DNA of 64,000 nt from Anaerovoracaceae bacterium. GTDB taxonomy: Bacteria > Bacillota > Clostridia > Christensenellales > Aristaeellaceae. Shown one piece after another: positions 1-9,595 of this stretch; positions within the stretch are counted from its first letter, which is position 1; each line of letters starts with the position of its first letter. The stretch is taken from assembly GCA_963590165.1 (NCBI GenBank), contig CAVANO010000011.1:12988-76987 (forward strand). Reading direction: 5' to 3'. Below the pieces are notes generated by a model. The model searched no databases. It worked only from the letters and a program-made list of their open reading frames with translations, and had not been told where the DNA came from. The position numbers and the translations under genes were made by a program.

Positions 1-777
1 CGCGTAGATGAGGAGCATGTATTTGTCGGTGAAAATCGCCTTGAGCTGCTTCATAAACGGCACGGCAGGCTCATCGCTTTGCTGCGCTTCCAGCGTGACG
101 CGCTCCTTCGTGAAGTAGTACTCCAGCAGCGTCAGCGGCAGCGCGAGAATGGACAGGATGCTCATGAGGATAATCCACTTGCTCTGGTCCACACCAATCA
201 TCGGCATAATGACCATCGGGAATACAAGCGCCACCAGAATGCCGCTCATCATGATGGTGGCAATCTGGTTGAAGACTGACAGGCTGCCGCGCTGCGTGGT
301 GTTGCGCGTGGACAGCGGCACCATCAGGTTGTGGCTCATGTTGAAGATGGTGTAGGCGAAGGAATAGAACAGGTTGTAGCTGACCATGACCCAAATCGCC
401 TGCATCGTCTGCGAACCGCCGGGCACGGTGAACAGCAAGATGCCGGTGACTGCCACCAGCGGCGCGGACAGCAGCAGCCACGGGCGCGCTTTGCCCTCCT
501 TGGTGCGCGTGCGGTCGATGATGTAACCCATGAGGACATTCGTGATGGCATCAATGATTTTCGAGATGATGGGGAAAACCACCAGAAACGCGCCGCCCCA
601 AAGCCCGGTCAGCTTCAGCACGTCCGTGTAATAGACATTCAGGTACGTTGCAAGTACGGCATTGAGCAGCAGCGCACCTGCCGGACCGAGCAGATAGCCC
701 AGCCATTTTTCGGCAGGGGTCACGTCCTCGGCGTGAATCCGGCTTTGAAACAGTTTGCGTTCCACGAGTTTTGACAT
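1..777 (-). CDS. MFS/GPH-family sugar:cation symporter, N-terminal part (gene continues past window start)
   Basis: Absent from ORF track because there is no stop in the window. Minus-strand ATG at 775-777 lies 8 nt after AGGAGG, and the frame stays open to position 1. Translation [34 protein letters not shown]...[13 protein letters not shown] with serial hydrophobic helices, typical of melibiose/glucuronide-type carriers. Confidence 0.75.
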   Translation of the reverse strand, partial: MSKLVERKLFQSRIHAEDVTPAEKWLGYLLGPAGALLLNAVLATYLNVYYTDVLKLTGLWGGAFLVVFPIISKIIDAITNVLMGYIIDRTRTKEGKARPWLLLSAPLVAVTGILLFTVPGGSQTMQAIWVMVSYNLFYSFAYTIFNMSHNLMVPLSTRNTTQRGSLSVFNQIATIMMSGILVALVFPMVIMPMIGVDQSKWIILMSILSILALPLTLLEYYFTKERVTLEAQQSDEPAVPFMKQLKAIFTDKYMLLIYA

Positions 778-850
778 GGCTGATTCCTCCTGGTAAATCG
801 TACGATATGGTGGATTCATGACCAGTATACCACATCCGCAGCGATAAGAC

Positions 851-879
851 TTGCTTCTTTGTAATACAATTGGTATAAT
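851..879 (+). promoter_or_regulatory. sigma-70-type promoter of AraC-family gene
   Basis: TTGCTT (851-856), 17-nt spacer, extended -10 TGgTATAAT (TATAAT 874-879), about 25 nt upstream of the 904 start. Confidence 0.5.
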
Positions 880-903
880 TGTAATCAGATGAGGAGGGTG
901 AGC

Positions 904-2079
904 ATGGAGAACATCGACTTGCGGTACCTGTGCACGACCATCGGCAATTTGGCGGGCATTCCTGTCCGCATTTTTGAGGACGGCGTGATGACCTTTTTTT
1001 ATTCTGTCGTTCATCTGCCGAAGGATCCGATGGTGCTCTGTCAGGACGAAATTCTTGCCATCACCGACCATCTGGGCTATTGCGTTACGCCGCAGTTCCA
1101 TTATTACGGCGTTGTCAGTAGCGGCAGCACCAAAATCGTTGTCGGACCGACGCGGCAGGTTAACGAAACGGAGCAGGAACTGCGGTCACTCGTCTTTCAG
1201 CTGGATTTATCCGGCGAGGAGGCGGAACGGATGATTGCCGGCGTGCGGAGCATTGTCCGGATGCCCATGGAAAGCGTGCTGCAGATGCTGTGCACGATTA
1301 ACTATGTGCTCAATCACGAAAAGCTGGCGCTGACGGACATCAGCATTCAGGCGCAGGAACAGGCGGAGATTGCGGCACGGCAGGCACAGGAACGGCTGAA
1401 CGCGCCGGAAGGCCAGCAGCAGGCGGAGCATAACACGTATGATATCGAGCAGCGGCTGTTGCGCATGGTGCGCAAGGGCGACCCGGCGGCGCTTCGGGCA
1501 TGGCTTGCGGCGGCACCTGCGATTCGCGGCGGCGTCATTGCCGGAGAACCGCTGCGTCAGCGCAAGAACCTGTTTATCGTCACCGTCACGCTTGCATCCC
1601 GCGCGGCAATTCAAGGCGGCATGCAGGTCGATGATGCCTTCACGCTCAGCGACTCGTACATTCAGCAGTGCGAGTTGCTTTCCTCACCGGAGCGCATTAC
1701 GAATCTGCAGTACCGGATGCTGTTGGACTATGCGGAGCGCGTCGAGCGGCTGCACTGCGGCAAAGCGCCGTCCCAACTGACGGTTGACGTGGCGAATTAC
1801 GTTCAGCATCACCTGTCGGAATCCATCAGGACGGCGGATGTTGCCGCTGCGCTCTACATGAGCCGGCCGTATCTCTCGAAGAAATTCACGCAGGACACGG
1901 GCGAAAGCATCGCCGACTTCATCCTGCGCGAAAAGACGGAGGAAGCCAAACGCCTCCTGCGATATACGGACAAATCGCTTACCGCCATCAGCGAATACCT
2001 TGGATTTTCCTCGCCGAGCCACTTTTCACGGGTGTTCAGGCGATATGCCGGATGCAGCCCGAGGGAATACAGACAGTGA
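904..2079 (+). CDS. AraC-family transcriptional regulator
   Basis: ORF 889..2079. ATG at 904 follows GAGGAGGG. C-terminal dual HTH signature ...[30 protein letters not shown]. Confidence 0.85.
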   Translation: MENIDLRYLCTTIGNLAGIPVRIFEDGVMTFFYSVVHLPKDPMVLCQDEILAITDHLGYCVTPQFHYYGVVSSGSTKIVVGPTRQVNETEQELRSLVFQLDLSGEEAERMIAGVRSIVRMPMESVLQMLCTINYVLNHEKLALTDISIQAQEQAEIAARQAQERLNAPEGQQQAEHNTYDIEQRLLRMVRKGDPAALRAWLAAAPAIRGGVIAGEPLRQRKNLFIVTVTLASRAAIQGGMQVDDAFTLSDSYIQQCELLSSPERITNLQYRMLLDYAERVERLHCGKAPSQLTVDVANYVQHHLSESIRTADVAAALYMSRPYLSKKFTQDTGESIADFILREKTEEAKRLLRYTDKSLTAISEYLGFSSPSHFSRVFRRYAGCSPREYRQ

Positions 2080-2105
2080 CGATTGTAAAAACAAATGCCC
2101 TTTGC

Positions 2106-2134
2106 TTGCAATCTGCATCGAAAATCGCTATACT
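2106..2134 (+). promoter_or_regulatory. sigma-70-type promoter of the MoxR operon
   Basis: TTGCAA (2106-2111), 17 nt, TATACT (2129-2134), upstream of RBS GAGGAGG and ATG 2169. Confidence 0.5.
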
Positions 2135-2168
2135 GATACTATTCGATTAAAATGAGGAGGCGGAACGC

Positions 2169-3110
2169 ATGCAGCCCAGACAAATGGTTCAAAGGCTGAT
2201 TAACAATATAAGCACCGTCATTGTCGGCAAGGAAGAGGTTGTTGAATACGCGCTGATTGCCCTTTTGTGCAAGGGACATATCCTGCTGGAGGACGTGCCC
2301 GGCGTCGGCAAGACAACACTTGCGAGCGCACTGGCGAAGTCGCTGGACTGCACGTTCCGGCGCATTCAGTTCACCCCCGACCTGATGCCGTCGGACGTTA
2401 CCGGCTATACGCTGGTGAATTTCAAGACCGGCGAAACGGAGTATCGCGAGGGTGCGGTGATGAGCCAGATTGTGCTGGCGGACGAAATCAATCGCACGAG
2501 TCCCAAGACGCAGTCGGCGCTGCTGGAAGTCATGGAGGAGTATCAGGTGACGGTGGACGGCGTGACGCACCCCGTGCCGCAGCCCTTCATCGTGCTGGCG
2601 ACGCAGAATCCGGGCGAGTTCGTCGGCACCTATCCGCTGCCGGAAGCGCAGATGGATCGCTTCTTCATGCGCCTGTCCATCGGTTATCCGACGATTGAGC
2701 AGGAGATGGACGTGCTGGAGCGTTATTCGGGCGTGGTGAAGCCGATGCAGACGCTGACGCCGGTATGCTCGGCAGCGGACGTCATCGCCATGCAGCAGAT
2801 GGTCACGCAGATTTACTGCTCGCCGGAGGTGCGGTCGTATGTCGCGACCATTGCCGCCGCAACGCGTCAGGATGCGTCCTTGCAGCTGGGCGCATCCACC
2901 CGTGCTGCCATCGCGCTGATTCACGGTGCGCAGGCGTGCGCGCTGCTCGCGGGGCGTGATTACATCATTCCGGAGGACGTGCAGCATATGGCGGTGCAGG
3001 TGCTTGCGCACCGTCTGGTGCTCAGCCCGGAGGCACGCATGAAGGGCGTTTCGGCGGAAAGCATCGTCCGGCGGATTGTCCGCAGCACGCCCGTGCCGGT
3101 GAAGCTGTGA
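2169..3110 (+). CDS. MoxR-family AAA+ ATPase
   Basis: Walker A LLEDVPGVGKT, Walker B VLADEINR, typical MoxR length (313 aa). Followed by DUF58 and transglutaminase genes. Confidence 0.9.
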   Translation: MQPRQMVQRLINNISTVIVGKEEVVEYALIALLCKGHILLEDVPGVGKTTLASALAKSLDCTFRRIQFTPDLMPSDVTGYTLVNFKTGETEYREGAVMSQIVLADEINRTSPKTQSALLEVMEEYQVTVDGVTHPVPQPFIVLATQNPGEFVGTYPLPEAQMDRFFMRLSIGYPTIEQEMDVLERYSGVVKPMQTLTPVCSAADVIAMQQMVTQIYCSPEVRSYVATIAAATRQDASLQLGASTRAAIALIHGAQACALLAGRDYIIPEDVQHMAVQVLAHRLVLSPEARMKGVSAESIVRRIVRSTPVPVKL

Positions 3111-4273
3111 GGCAGCAAACGAACAGGCGGCAGGTGAAGCTGCACCTGACCATGCCGCTGCTGCTGACGGTGACGCTGTATGCCGCCGCCTTTTCGACCG
3201 GCAGCCCTGTGTTCCTGACGCCGGCGATTCTGGTGACGCTGCTGACGCTGACCGGCATATTCGGCGTGCTGCAGGCATCGCGGACGCTGCAAATTTCCGC
3301 GTCATCCGCTGCTGACCGGGTGCAGCGCGGCGATGATGTGACGCTGATGGTGGAAATCACCTGCCGGAGTTTGATTCCGCTTGCGCCGATGTGGGTGGAG
3401 CTGACCGGCGCCGACGCGCAGAGTATGCAGTTGACGGGACGCGTCCGGCAGACGATGACGGTGCCCTTCCATGCGGCGCATGTGGGTGCCGTTGCACCGG
3501 GCGTGAAACGCGTGACGATGACGGACTTCTTCGGCATCTGCACCGTCTGTCAGGAGCCGGAAAACGCCGAAAAACCCCTGCTGGTGCTGCCGCAGCTCTT
3601 TGACATCGACCCGCTGCACCTGTCCGCCGGCGAAACAGGCACCGAGGCGATGGCACGCGCATCGGAGGATATCACAAACCCGACGGACGTCCGCAGCTAT
3701 CAGCCGGGCGACCCGCTCAAAAAAATCCACTGGAAGCTATCTGCCCGAAAGCAGGAACTGCTTGTCCGCCGCTTTGAGGATCCTGTTCAGCCGGATTTGC
3801 TGGTGCTGATGGATTCTGCCGTCCCGAAACAGCCGGATCATCCCGAGGCGGAGGCGGATTTGCGCGATACGCTGATTGAAACGGCGGCATCCGTGATGGC
3901 GGAGGCAGATCAATCCGAGCATCCGGCGCGTCTGCCGCTGACCGGCGAACATCCCGTTGTGCTGGACAAGGACATGGGACTCAAGCGCGTGCTGGAAGGT
4001 TTGGCACGGGCTGATTTTTCCGCGCCGGAATCGTTCGTGCGCGTCATGATGATGGAAATGCGGCAGATGCGCAAGGTCGGCTGTACGGTTGTCATCACGG
4101 CGCGGCTGGACAGCCGGATGGTGGAAATGATGACCGCGATGCGCCGGATGGGACCGAATATGCGGTTGTATCTGGTCACGCCTGTGCCGGATGATTCGCA
4201 GATGCTGCCGCTGGTGAGGAAACTGCAGGAAGTTGGGGTGGAGGTTGGCTACGTCAAGCCGCTGCCGATGTAA
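3107..4273 (+). CDS. DUF58 domain protein (MoxR-associated, vWA-like)
   Basis: GTGA start/stop overlap with the MoxR gene. N-terminal TM helices. DUF58 signature DVRSYQPGDPLKKIHWKLSARKQELLVRRFE. Alternative ATG at 3152. Confidence 0.85.
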   Translation: MRQQTNRRQVKLHLTMPLLLTVTLYAAAFSTGSPVFLTPAILVTLLTLTGIFGVLQASRTLQISASSAADRVQRGDDVTLMVEITCRSLIPLAPMWVELTGADAQSMQLTGRVRQTMTVPFHAAHVGAVAPGVKRVTMTDFFGICTVCQEPENAEKPLLVLPQLFDIDPLHLSAGETGTEAMARASEDITNPTDVRSYQPGDPLKKIHWKLSARKQELLVRRFEDPVQPDLLVLMDSAVPKQPDHPEAEADLRDTLIETAASVMAEADQSEHPARLPLTGEHPVVLDKDMGLKRVLEGLARADFSAPESFVRVMMMEMRQMRKVGCTVVITARLDSRMVEMMTAMRRMGPNMRLYLVTPVPDDSQMLPLVRKLQEVGVEVGYVKPLPM

Positions 4274-4280
4274 AAAGTTT

Positions 4281-4316
4281 CAAGGGGCTTTCCGATCGCC
4301 CCCTTGACCCCTTCGG
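4281..4316. repeat. Solo copy of the GC-hairpin intergenic repeat family
   Basis: caaGGGGCtttccgatcGCCCCcttgaccccttcgg immediately after the DUF58 stop. Same core as the arrays at 17.5, 21.5, 30.5, 52.5 and 63.6 kb. Confidence 0.85.
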
Positions 4317-4421
4317 CAGCACGCAATATCAATCATGATACCGAAAAACAGCAACGAAAAAGAGCTGCGTGCAAATACGCAATTGAAGGAGGTGTTTCTG
4401 CTGTCTGAGAAGGGACGCACG

Positions 4422-6701
4422 ATGTTATCCCGTGGCGTGGTGGCGCTGATGATGGCATCAGGCATGCTTCTGCCGCTGCTGATTGTCACGGGGACGCAGC
4501 GTCTGTGGCTGCCTGCCATTGCCTGTGCGCTGCCGGTGATTGCGGTGCTGGCAATCCGCCACCTTCATCCGCTGGGAAACATCCTCACCGGTGCAGCGTT
4601 CGGTATATTCTTTCTCATCTGGGCTGTTTGCGGCGGCATCGCGGATGCGGCGGAAGTTGTCCGCGCCCTGCTGCTGTATTTTTCCGGTCTGACAACGGCA
4701 CTGCCGATGGTCAGCCAGACCTTCGCGTGCCTGACAGGCGTTGTGTGCGCCTTCATCGGCTATGCGCTGACGAGCCGCCGAGTAGGGGCGTATCCGGCAC
4801 TGGCGGCGGTGCTGCTGATTGCGGTGCTGCTGTGGCTCGATGACCGTCCCGACGCGCTGTGGGGGCTGCTGCCGGCGGTCGTGCCGAGCGTGGCGATGCT
4901 GATGGTTTCCGGCTATGACGGCGTGCCGATGCGCCGCGTGCTGCCGCTGACGCTGATTGTTGTACTGCTGAGCTTCGTCGGCGTTGCAGTCGGCGGCGTG
5001 ACCATTGCACCGATGAAGGATGCGGCGGACACGCTCCGGCAGAAAATCTATGATTACTTCTTTTTCACGAGCACGCGCGACGTGTTTTCCATCTCCTCGC
5101 AGGGCTTTTATCCGCAGGGGCAGACGCAGCTGGGCGGTCCTGCCGAGCCGAACGACCAGCCTGTCATGACCGTGCGCGGCGAAGGGCGCATTTACCTGCG
5201 CGCCGTCAGCAAGAGCACGTACACGGGCAGCATGTGGGTCGATGAAACCGGCGGTCGGCGGTATCTGTGGAGCAGTCTGCGCTGGCAGAGCGTCCGCAAT
5301 ACCGTGTTCGAGCAGGACATGCCGGCGGACTCGGCCGGCGCGACCTTGCCTGTCAAGCAGGTGACCGTCACGATGCTGACGGACAGCGCAAGCAGTCTGT
5401 TTGTTCCGCAGCGCCTTTTGAGTCTCAAGACGGGCAGTACGATTGTGCCGTACTTCAACGCGAGCGGCGAGGTGTTTGCGACGCACAGCCTTGAATCCGG
5501 CGACACATGGACGGCGGAGTATGTCGACCTGATTGCCGGTCAATCGGGACTGACGGAGCTGATTGACGCCTGCGCGCAGCTGCCGGATGAACAGTATGAA
5601 TCGATGCGCGAAACATATACCGTGTTGCCGTCGCACCTGGAGCAGCGGCTGTTTGATTTTGCGCGCGATGCCGCCGGCGACACGACCGACCCATACGAAA
5701 TGGCGCGGAATATTCAGTCGTACCTGCAGTCGTACTGCAGTTACAACCTTGACATCGCGCAGCAGCAGGAGAATCTCGACTTTGTGGCGACCTTCCTGCT
5801 GATGACGCGCGAAGGCTACTGCACGCATTTCGCGTCCGCCATGACGGTGCTCTGCCGGATGGTCGGGCTGCCTGCACGGTATGTGGAGGGCTTTGTCGCG
5901 GACATCGGCGAATCGGGCAGCGCCGTCATCACCGGTGAAAGTGCCCATGCATGGACGGAAGTTTATTTCAGCGGACTTGGCTGGGTGACGTTCGACGCGA
6001 CGCCGTGGGCAGGGGCTTCATCGGATTCGTCCTCGGATGACCCGTCGACATTGCCGCCGCCGTCCGCATCGCCGTCTGCAACACCATCCCCTTCGCCTTC
6101 TCCTTCGCCGTCCCCATCCCCCTCGCCGTCGCCCTCGCCTTCGGATGATTCACAGGATGAGCAGGAGACACCGCTGCCTACCGATTCGCCGACGCCGTCG
6201 CCGACCGTTCCGTCTGCAACGGACATGCCGTCACCGACGCCGGAAAGCGAGCCGAATCAGCCGGATGAGCCGAATGACCTGTCATGGCTGTGGTGGCTGC
6301 TGCTGATGCTGCTGCTGATTGCGGCCATTGCGGCGCGCATCTGGTGGACGCTTCCGCAGACGTGCGAAAAGCGCGCGAAAGACGAGAACGACCGCAGCAC
6401 GGTTTACCTGCAGGCGGTGCATGATGCGCTGCGCGTTGCGGGTCTTGTCCGCGCGAATACCGAAACGCCGCAGATGTTCTTCCGTCGGGCGGAGCAGGCA
6501 GGCTGGACGGAGGCGTCCGCTGCCGGAACCATCGAGGAACTGCGCTTCTATGCGCATGCGGAATCATCACCTGAGCAGACGGATGTGCTGCGTCAGGCAT
6601 ATGCCGGCATGCGGCAGAAAATGAATGTGTGGCAGCGCATGCGGTTTGTGCTGCTGAGGGCTGCCGTGCCGCTGAAAATGCGGCTATTCACGGGCAAATA
6701 G
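4422..6701 (+). CDS. Transglutaminase-domain membrane protein (TgpA-like) with Pro/Ser-rich linker
   Basis: ORF 4335..6701. ATG 4422 has GAAGGGA 6 nt upstream, while ATG 4335 has no RBS. Multiple TM helices. Cys-His core REGYCTHFASAM...SAHAWTEVYF. (SP)n low-complexity tract, then a C-terminal TM. Confidence 0.85.
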   Translation: MLSRGVVALMMASGMLLPLLIVTGTQRLWLPAIACALPVIAVLAIRHLHPLGNILTGAAFGIFFLIWAVCGGIADAAEVVRALLLYFSGLTTALPMVSQTFACLTGVVCAFIGYALTSRRVGAYPALAAVLLIAVLLWLDDRPDALWGLLPAVVPSVAMLMVSGYDGVPMRRVLPLTLIVVLLSFVGVAVGGVTIAPMKDAADTLRQKIYDYFFFTSTRDVFSISSQGFYPQGQTQLGGPAEPNDQPVMTVRGEGRIYLRAVSKSTYTGSMWVDETGGRRYLWSSLRWQSVRNTVFEQDMPADSAGATLPVKQVTVTMLTDSASSLFVPQRLLSLKTGSTIVPYFNASGEVFATHSLESGDTWTAEYVDLIAGQSGLTELIDACAQLPDEQYESMRETYTVLPSHLEQRLFDFARDAAGDTTDPYEMARNIQSYLQSYCSYNLDIAQQQENLDFVATFLLMTREGYCTHFASAMTVLCRMVGLPARYVEGFVADIGESGSAVITGESAHAWTEVYFSGLGWVTFDATPWAGASSDSSSDDPSTLPPPSASPSATPSPSPSPSPSPSPSPSPSPSDDSQDEQETPLPTDSPTPSPTVPSATDMPSPTPESEPNQPDEPNDLSWLWWLLLMLLLIAAIAARIWWTLPQTCEKRAKDENDRSTVYLQAVHDALRVAGLVRANTETPQMFFRRAEQAGWTEASAAGTIEELRFYAHAESSPEQTDVLRQAYAGMRQKMNVWQRMRFVLLRAAVPLKMRLFTGK

Positions 6702-6735
6702 CCGAACAAGCAGAATGGATTGAGGAACAACAATG

Positions 6736-6766
6736 AAAGCAGCTATTTTGTGTAGCTGCTTTTTTT
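6736..6766 (+). terminator. Rho-independent terminator after the transglutaminase gene
   Basis: aaagcagct / agctgcttt stem with 9-nt loop, followed by a T7 run. Confidence 0.7.
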
Positions 6767-6810
6767 CATCCTTTTTTGCTGTTTTTCTCCTGTTTTTTGG
6801 CGAAAGTCTC

Positions 6811-6839
6811 TTGCAATTTTGCCTGAAATCATGTATGAT
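6811..6839 (+). promoter_or_regulatory. sigma-70-type promoter of serC-serA
   Basis: TTGCAA (6811-6816), 17 nt, TATGAT (6834-6839). Confidence 0.5.
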
Positions 6840-6920
6840 AGGCGCATGGAACGTTTTTCACCCTGTGGGCGATAATCGTCCCACATGAATAAGAAAGAAA
6901 TTATGAAGGAGGTGCACGCA

Positions 6921-7997
6921 ATGGAGCGTGTATATAATTTTTCGCCGGGACCGTCGATGCTGGCTGAACCGGTGCTGGAGAAGGCACAGAAGGATCTGAT
7001 GGTGTACGGCAATGCCGGCATGTCCGTGATGGAAATGTCCCACCGCAGCAAGATGTACACCGATATTTTCGACAAGACCATCGCAGACCTCCGCGCACTG
7101 ATGAAGATCAGCGATGATTATGAGGTGCTGATGATGCAGGGCGGCGCGACGCTGGAATTCTCCGCGGTTCCGCTGAACCTGATGGTCAAGGGCAAGGCGG
7201 ACTATATCGATTCGGGCAACTTCGCGCATCTTGCGGCGGAGGAAGCCAAGCGCTACGGCGAGGTGAACATCGCCGCATCCAGCCGTGAGGACAATTATAC
7301 CTACGTGCCGGACATGAAGGACGTGAAACTCGATCCTGATGCGGATTATGTCCACATCACCCAGAACAACACGATTTACGGCACGCGCTATATCGAGTTG
7401 CCGGACGCGAAGGCACCGATTGTTGCGGATGCGAGCTCCATGATTCTTTCCGAGCCGATGGATGTCAACCGTTACGGCGTGATTTATGCCGGTGCGCAGA
7501 AGAACATCGGCCCGTCCGGCCTGTGCATCGTCATCGTCCGCAAGGATTTGCTCGGCCATGCGAAGGACATCTGCCCGAAGCTGATGAACTGGAAGGTCGA
7601 GGCGGACAAGGGCAGCATGTACAACACGCCCAACACGTGGGGCATCTACCTTGCCGGACTGACGTTTGACTGGCTGCGTGCGCAGGGCGGTGTTGAGGCC
7701 ATCTACAAGGTGAATCTGGAGAAGGCGGCGCTGCTTTACGACTTCCTGGACAACAGCAAGCTGTTCAAGCCGACGGCGCAGAAGAAGTACCGCAGCCTGA
7801 TGAACGTGACGTTCGTGACCGGCGATGCGGACAAGGATGCGGCGTTCGTGAAGGCAGCGGCGGCACAGGGATTGGTGAACCTGAAGGGTCACCGGACGGT
7901 CGGCGGTATGCGTGCGTCCATCTATAACGCCATGCCGATGGAAGGCGTCAAGAAGCTGGTTGCATTCATGAAGCAGTTCGAGCTGGAGAATGCCTAA
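6921..7997 (+). CDS. serC: Phosphoserine aminotransferase
   Basis: ORF 6885..7997. ATG 6921 is preceded by GAAGGAGG. MERVYNFSPGPSMLAEPVLEKAQ...YAGAQKNIGPSGL (PLP-Lys motif). Next to serA. Confidence 0.9.
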   Translation: MERVYNFSPGPSMLAEPVLEKAQKDLMVYGNAGMSVMEMSHRSKMYTDIFDKTIADLRALMKISDDYEVLMMQGGATLEFSAVPLNLMVKGKADYIDSGNFAHLAAEEAKRYGEVNIAASSREDNYTYVPDMKDVKLDPDADYVHITQNNTIYGTRYIELPDAKAPIVADASSMILSEPMDVNRYGVIYAGAQKNIGPSGLCIVIVRKDLLGHAKDICPKLMNWKVEADKGSMYNTPNTWGIYLAGLTFDWLRAQGGVEAIYKVNLEKAALLYDFLDNSKLFKPTAQKKYRSLMNVTFVTGDADKDAAFVKAAAAQGLVNLKGHRTVGGMRASIYNAMPMEGVKKLVAFMKQFELENA

Positions 7998-8000
7998 AAA

Positions 8001-8120
8001 GGGTCAAGGGGGGGACTTCGTCCCTTTTCCTGTCCCTTGCAGGGCTTGGGCAACGCCCCAACCTGTTATTCGCAGCCGAGCGGACGGACTTCGTCCGTTT
8101 TCGTTGAACCCCTTCTTCGA
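8001..8120. repeat. Composite intergenic repeat (GGGACTTCGTCCC and CGGACTTCGTCCG-TTTT modules)
   Basis: gtcaaggggGGGACttcGTCCCttttcc ... cggaCGGACttcGTCCGttttcgttgaaccccttc. The same modules recur at 11.57, 21.2, 40.03, 43.55 and 63.53 kb. Confidence 0.8.
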
Positions 8121-8208
8121 ACTTGATTTGTAATGTGGCTTTTATAGGGCTGCCTTAAGTTTAGGAAAGGGCATTGCGAAGAGGCTTGGACAGAAATCAG
8201 ATGAAGTC

Positions 8209-8260
8209 GAAAAACCAGGCGAAGCAAAAAACCAGGCGAAGCAAAAAACCAGGCGAAGCC
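8209..8260. repeat. Three tandem copies of a 17-nt unit (AAAAAACCAGGCGAAGC)
   Basis: Read directly. The last copy runs into CAGGCgaaGCCTG, a mini-hairpin also present in the 21.2 kb array and at 61.95 and 63.59 kb. Lies 17 nt upstream of the serA ATG. Confidence 0.85.
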
Positions 8261-8276
8261 TGCGGGAGAAAACAAG

Positions 8277-9443
8277 ATGTATAAGATTAAGACACTGAAT
8301 TCGATTTCCGATATCATCCATGAGGAACTGTCGGCGGAGCAGTACGCCATCAGCGCGGAAGAGCCTGTGCCGGAAGGCATCCTTGTGCGCTCTGCCGCGA
8401 TGCATGACATGGCGCTTGGCGATGAACTGCTCGGCATTGCCCGTGCGGGTGCCGGCGTGAATAACATTCCGCTGGATCAGTGCACGAAGCAGGGCATCGC
8501 TGTGTTCAACACACCCGGCGCGAATGCCAATGCAGTGGCTGAGCTGGTGCTCGGTGCGCTCGTCATCGGCAGCCGCAATGTGGCGCCTGCCATTCGTTGG
8601 GCGGACACGCTCAAGGGGCAGGGTGACGTGGCAAAGCTGGTCGAAAAGGGCAAGTCGCAGTTCGTCGGACCGGAGCTGCGCGGTAAGACGCTGGGTGTCA
8701 TTGGTTTGGGCGCTATCGGCCGACTGGTCGCAAATGCTGCGTCCGCCGGTTACGGCATGAAGGTTGTCGGCTGCGACCCGTTCCTCTCGGTTGAAAGCGC
8801 ATGGGCGCTGAACAGCAGCGTCCGCCGTGCCGCAACGAATGACGACCTGTACGCGCAGGCGGACTACATCACCTTCCACGTACCGCTCAACGACAAGACG
8901 CGCGGCTCCATTGATGCGGCGGCGTTCGCGAAGATGAAGAAGGGTGTTATCCTGCTGAACTTTTCGCGCGGTGAGCTGGTCAACGTTGCTGACCTCAAGC
9001 AGGCGATTGCGGATGGTCAGGTCGGCGGTTATGTGACGGATTTCCCGTGCGATGAGCTGCTCGGCGTGGACAAGGTGACGTGCATTCCCCATCTGGGTGC
9101 ATCGACGCCGGAGAGCGAGGACAACTGCGCGCGCATGGCGGCGGCTGAACTGCGCGATTATCTGGAGTTCGGCTCGATTCACAACAGCGTGAATCTGCCC
9201 GAGCTGCCGATGGGCAAGCCTGAAAACGTGCGTGTGCTTGTCATCCACGAGAACATCCCCAACATGGTCGCGACCATCACGACCTGCATCTCGGCGGAGC
9301 ACATCAACATCGACAACCTGCAGAACAAGTCGAAGAAGGATGTCGCCGTGACCGTGATGGAAATGGCGGAAATGCCCTCGCGGCAGGCGCTGAATGTCAT
9401 CCGCACGATTGCCGGCGTCATTCGGGTCAGGGTGTTTGAGTAA
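8277..9443 (+). CDS. serA: D-3-phosphoglycerate dehydrogenase (with C-terminal ACT-like domain)
   Basis: NAD-binding GVIGLGAIGRLVA, 2-hydroxyacid dehydrogenase core, adjacent to serC. Confidence 0.88.
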   Translation: MYKIKTLNSISDIIHEELSAEQYAISAEEPVPEGILVRSAAMHDMALGDELLGIARAGAGVNNIPLDQCTKQGIAVFNTPGANANAVAELVLGALVIGSRNVAPAIRWADTLKGQGDVAKLVEKGKSQFVGPELRGKTLGVIGLGAIGRLVANAASAGYGMKVVGCDPFLSVESAWALNSSVRRAATNDDLYAQADYITFHVPLNDKTRGSIDAAAFAKMKKGVILLNFSRGELVNVADLKQAIADGQVGGYVTDFPCDELLGVDKVTCIPHLGASTPESEDNCARMAAAELRDYLEFGSIHNSVNLPELPMGKPENVRVLVIHENIPNMVATITTCISAEHINIDNLQNKSKKDVAVTVMEMAEMPSRQALNVIRTIAGVIRVRVFE

Positions 9444-9461
9444 TTCTGAACAATCAAAAGA

Positions 9462-9502
9462 AGCGGGTTCATTGCTGATGAAGGCAGTGAATCCGCTGTT
9501 TT
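9462..9502 (+). terminator. Rho-independent terminator after serA
   Basis: agcgggttca ... tgaatccgct stem (one G-U pair) followed by gtttt. Confidence 0.55.
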
Positions 9503-9595
9503 GACCTCTTCGGACATGCAGGATTGGAAGAAATTTGGCGTTTTGCATCCGATTGTGTTATGATGACATAATAACAGAAAGGAAGTGCACCCCTG

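Noticed and set aside
4458-5948. Large antisense or alternative-frame ORFs. Examples: 2139..3305 -, 4458..5948 -, 8142..9548 -, 9179..10573 -, 21784..23625 +, 31047..32735 +, 33389..34804 -, 36741..38348 -, 40235..41911 +, 42146..43486 +, 45220..46935 +, 47206..48507 -, 48470..50197 +, 60241..62115 +
   Set aside because: These are shadow ORFs typical of GC-rich DNA. Each lies opposite or out of frame with a gene that has clear family motifs. Their products are Arg/Ala/Gly/His-rich low-complexity sequences without RBS or recognisable domains.
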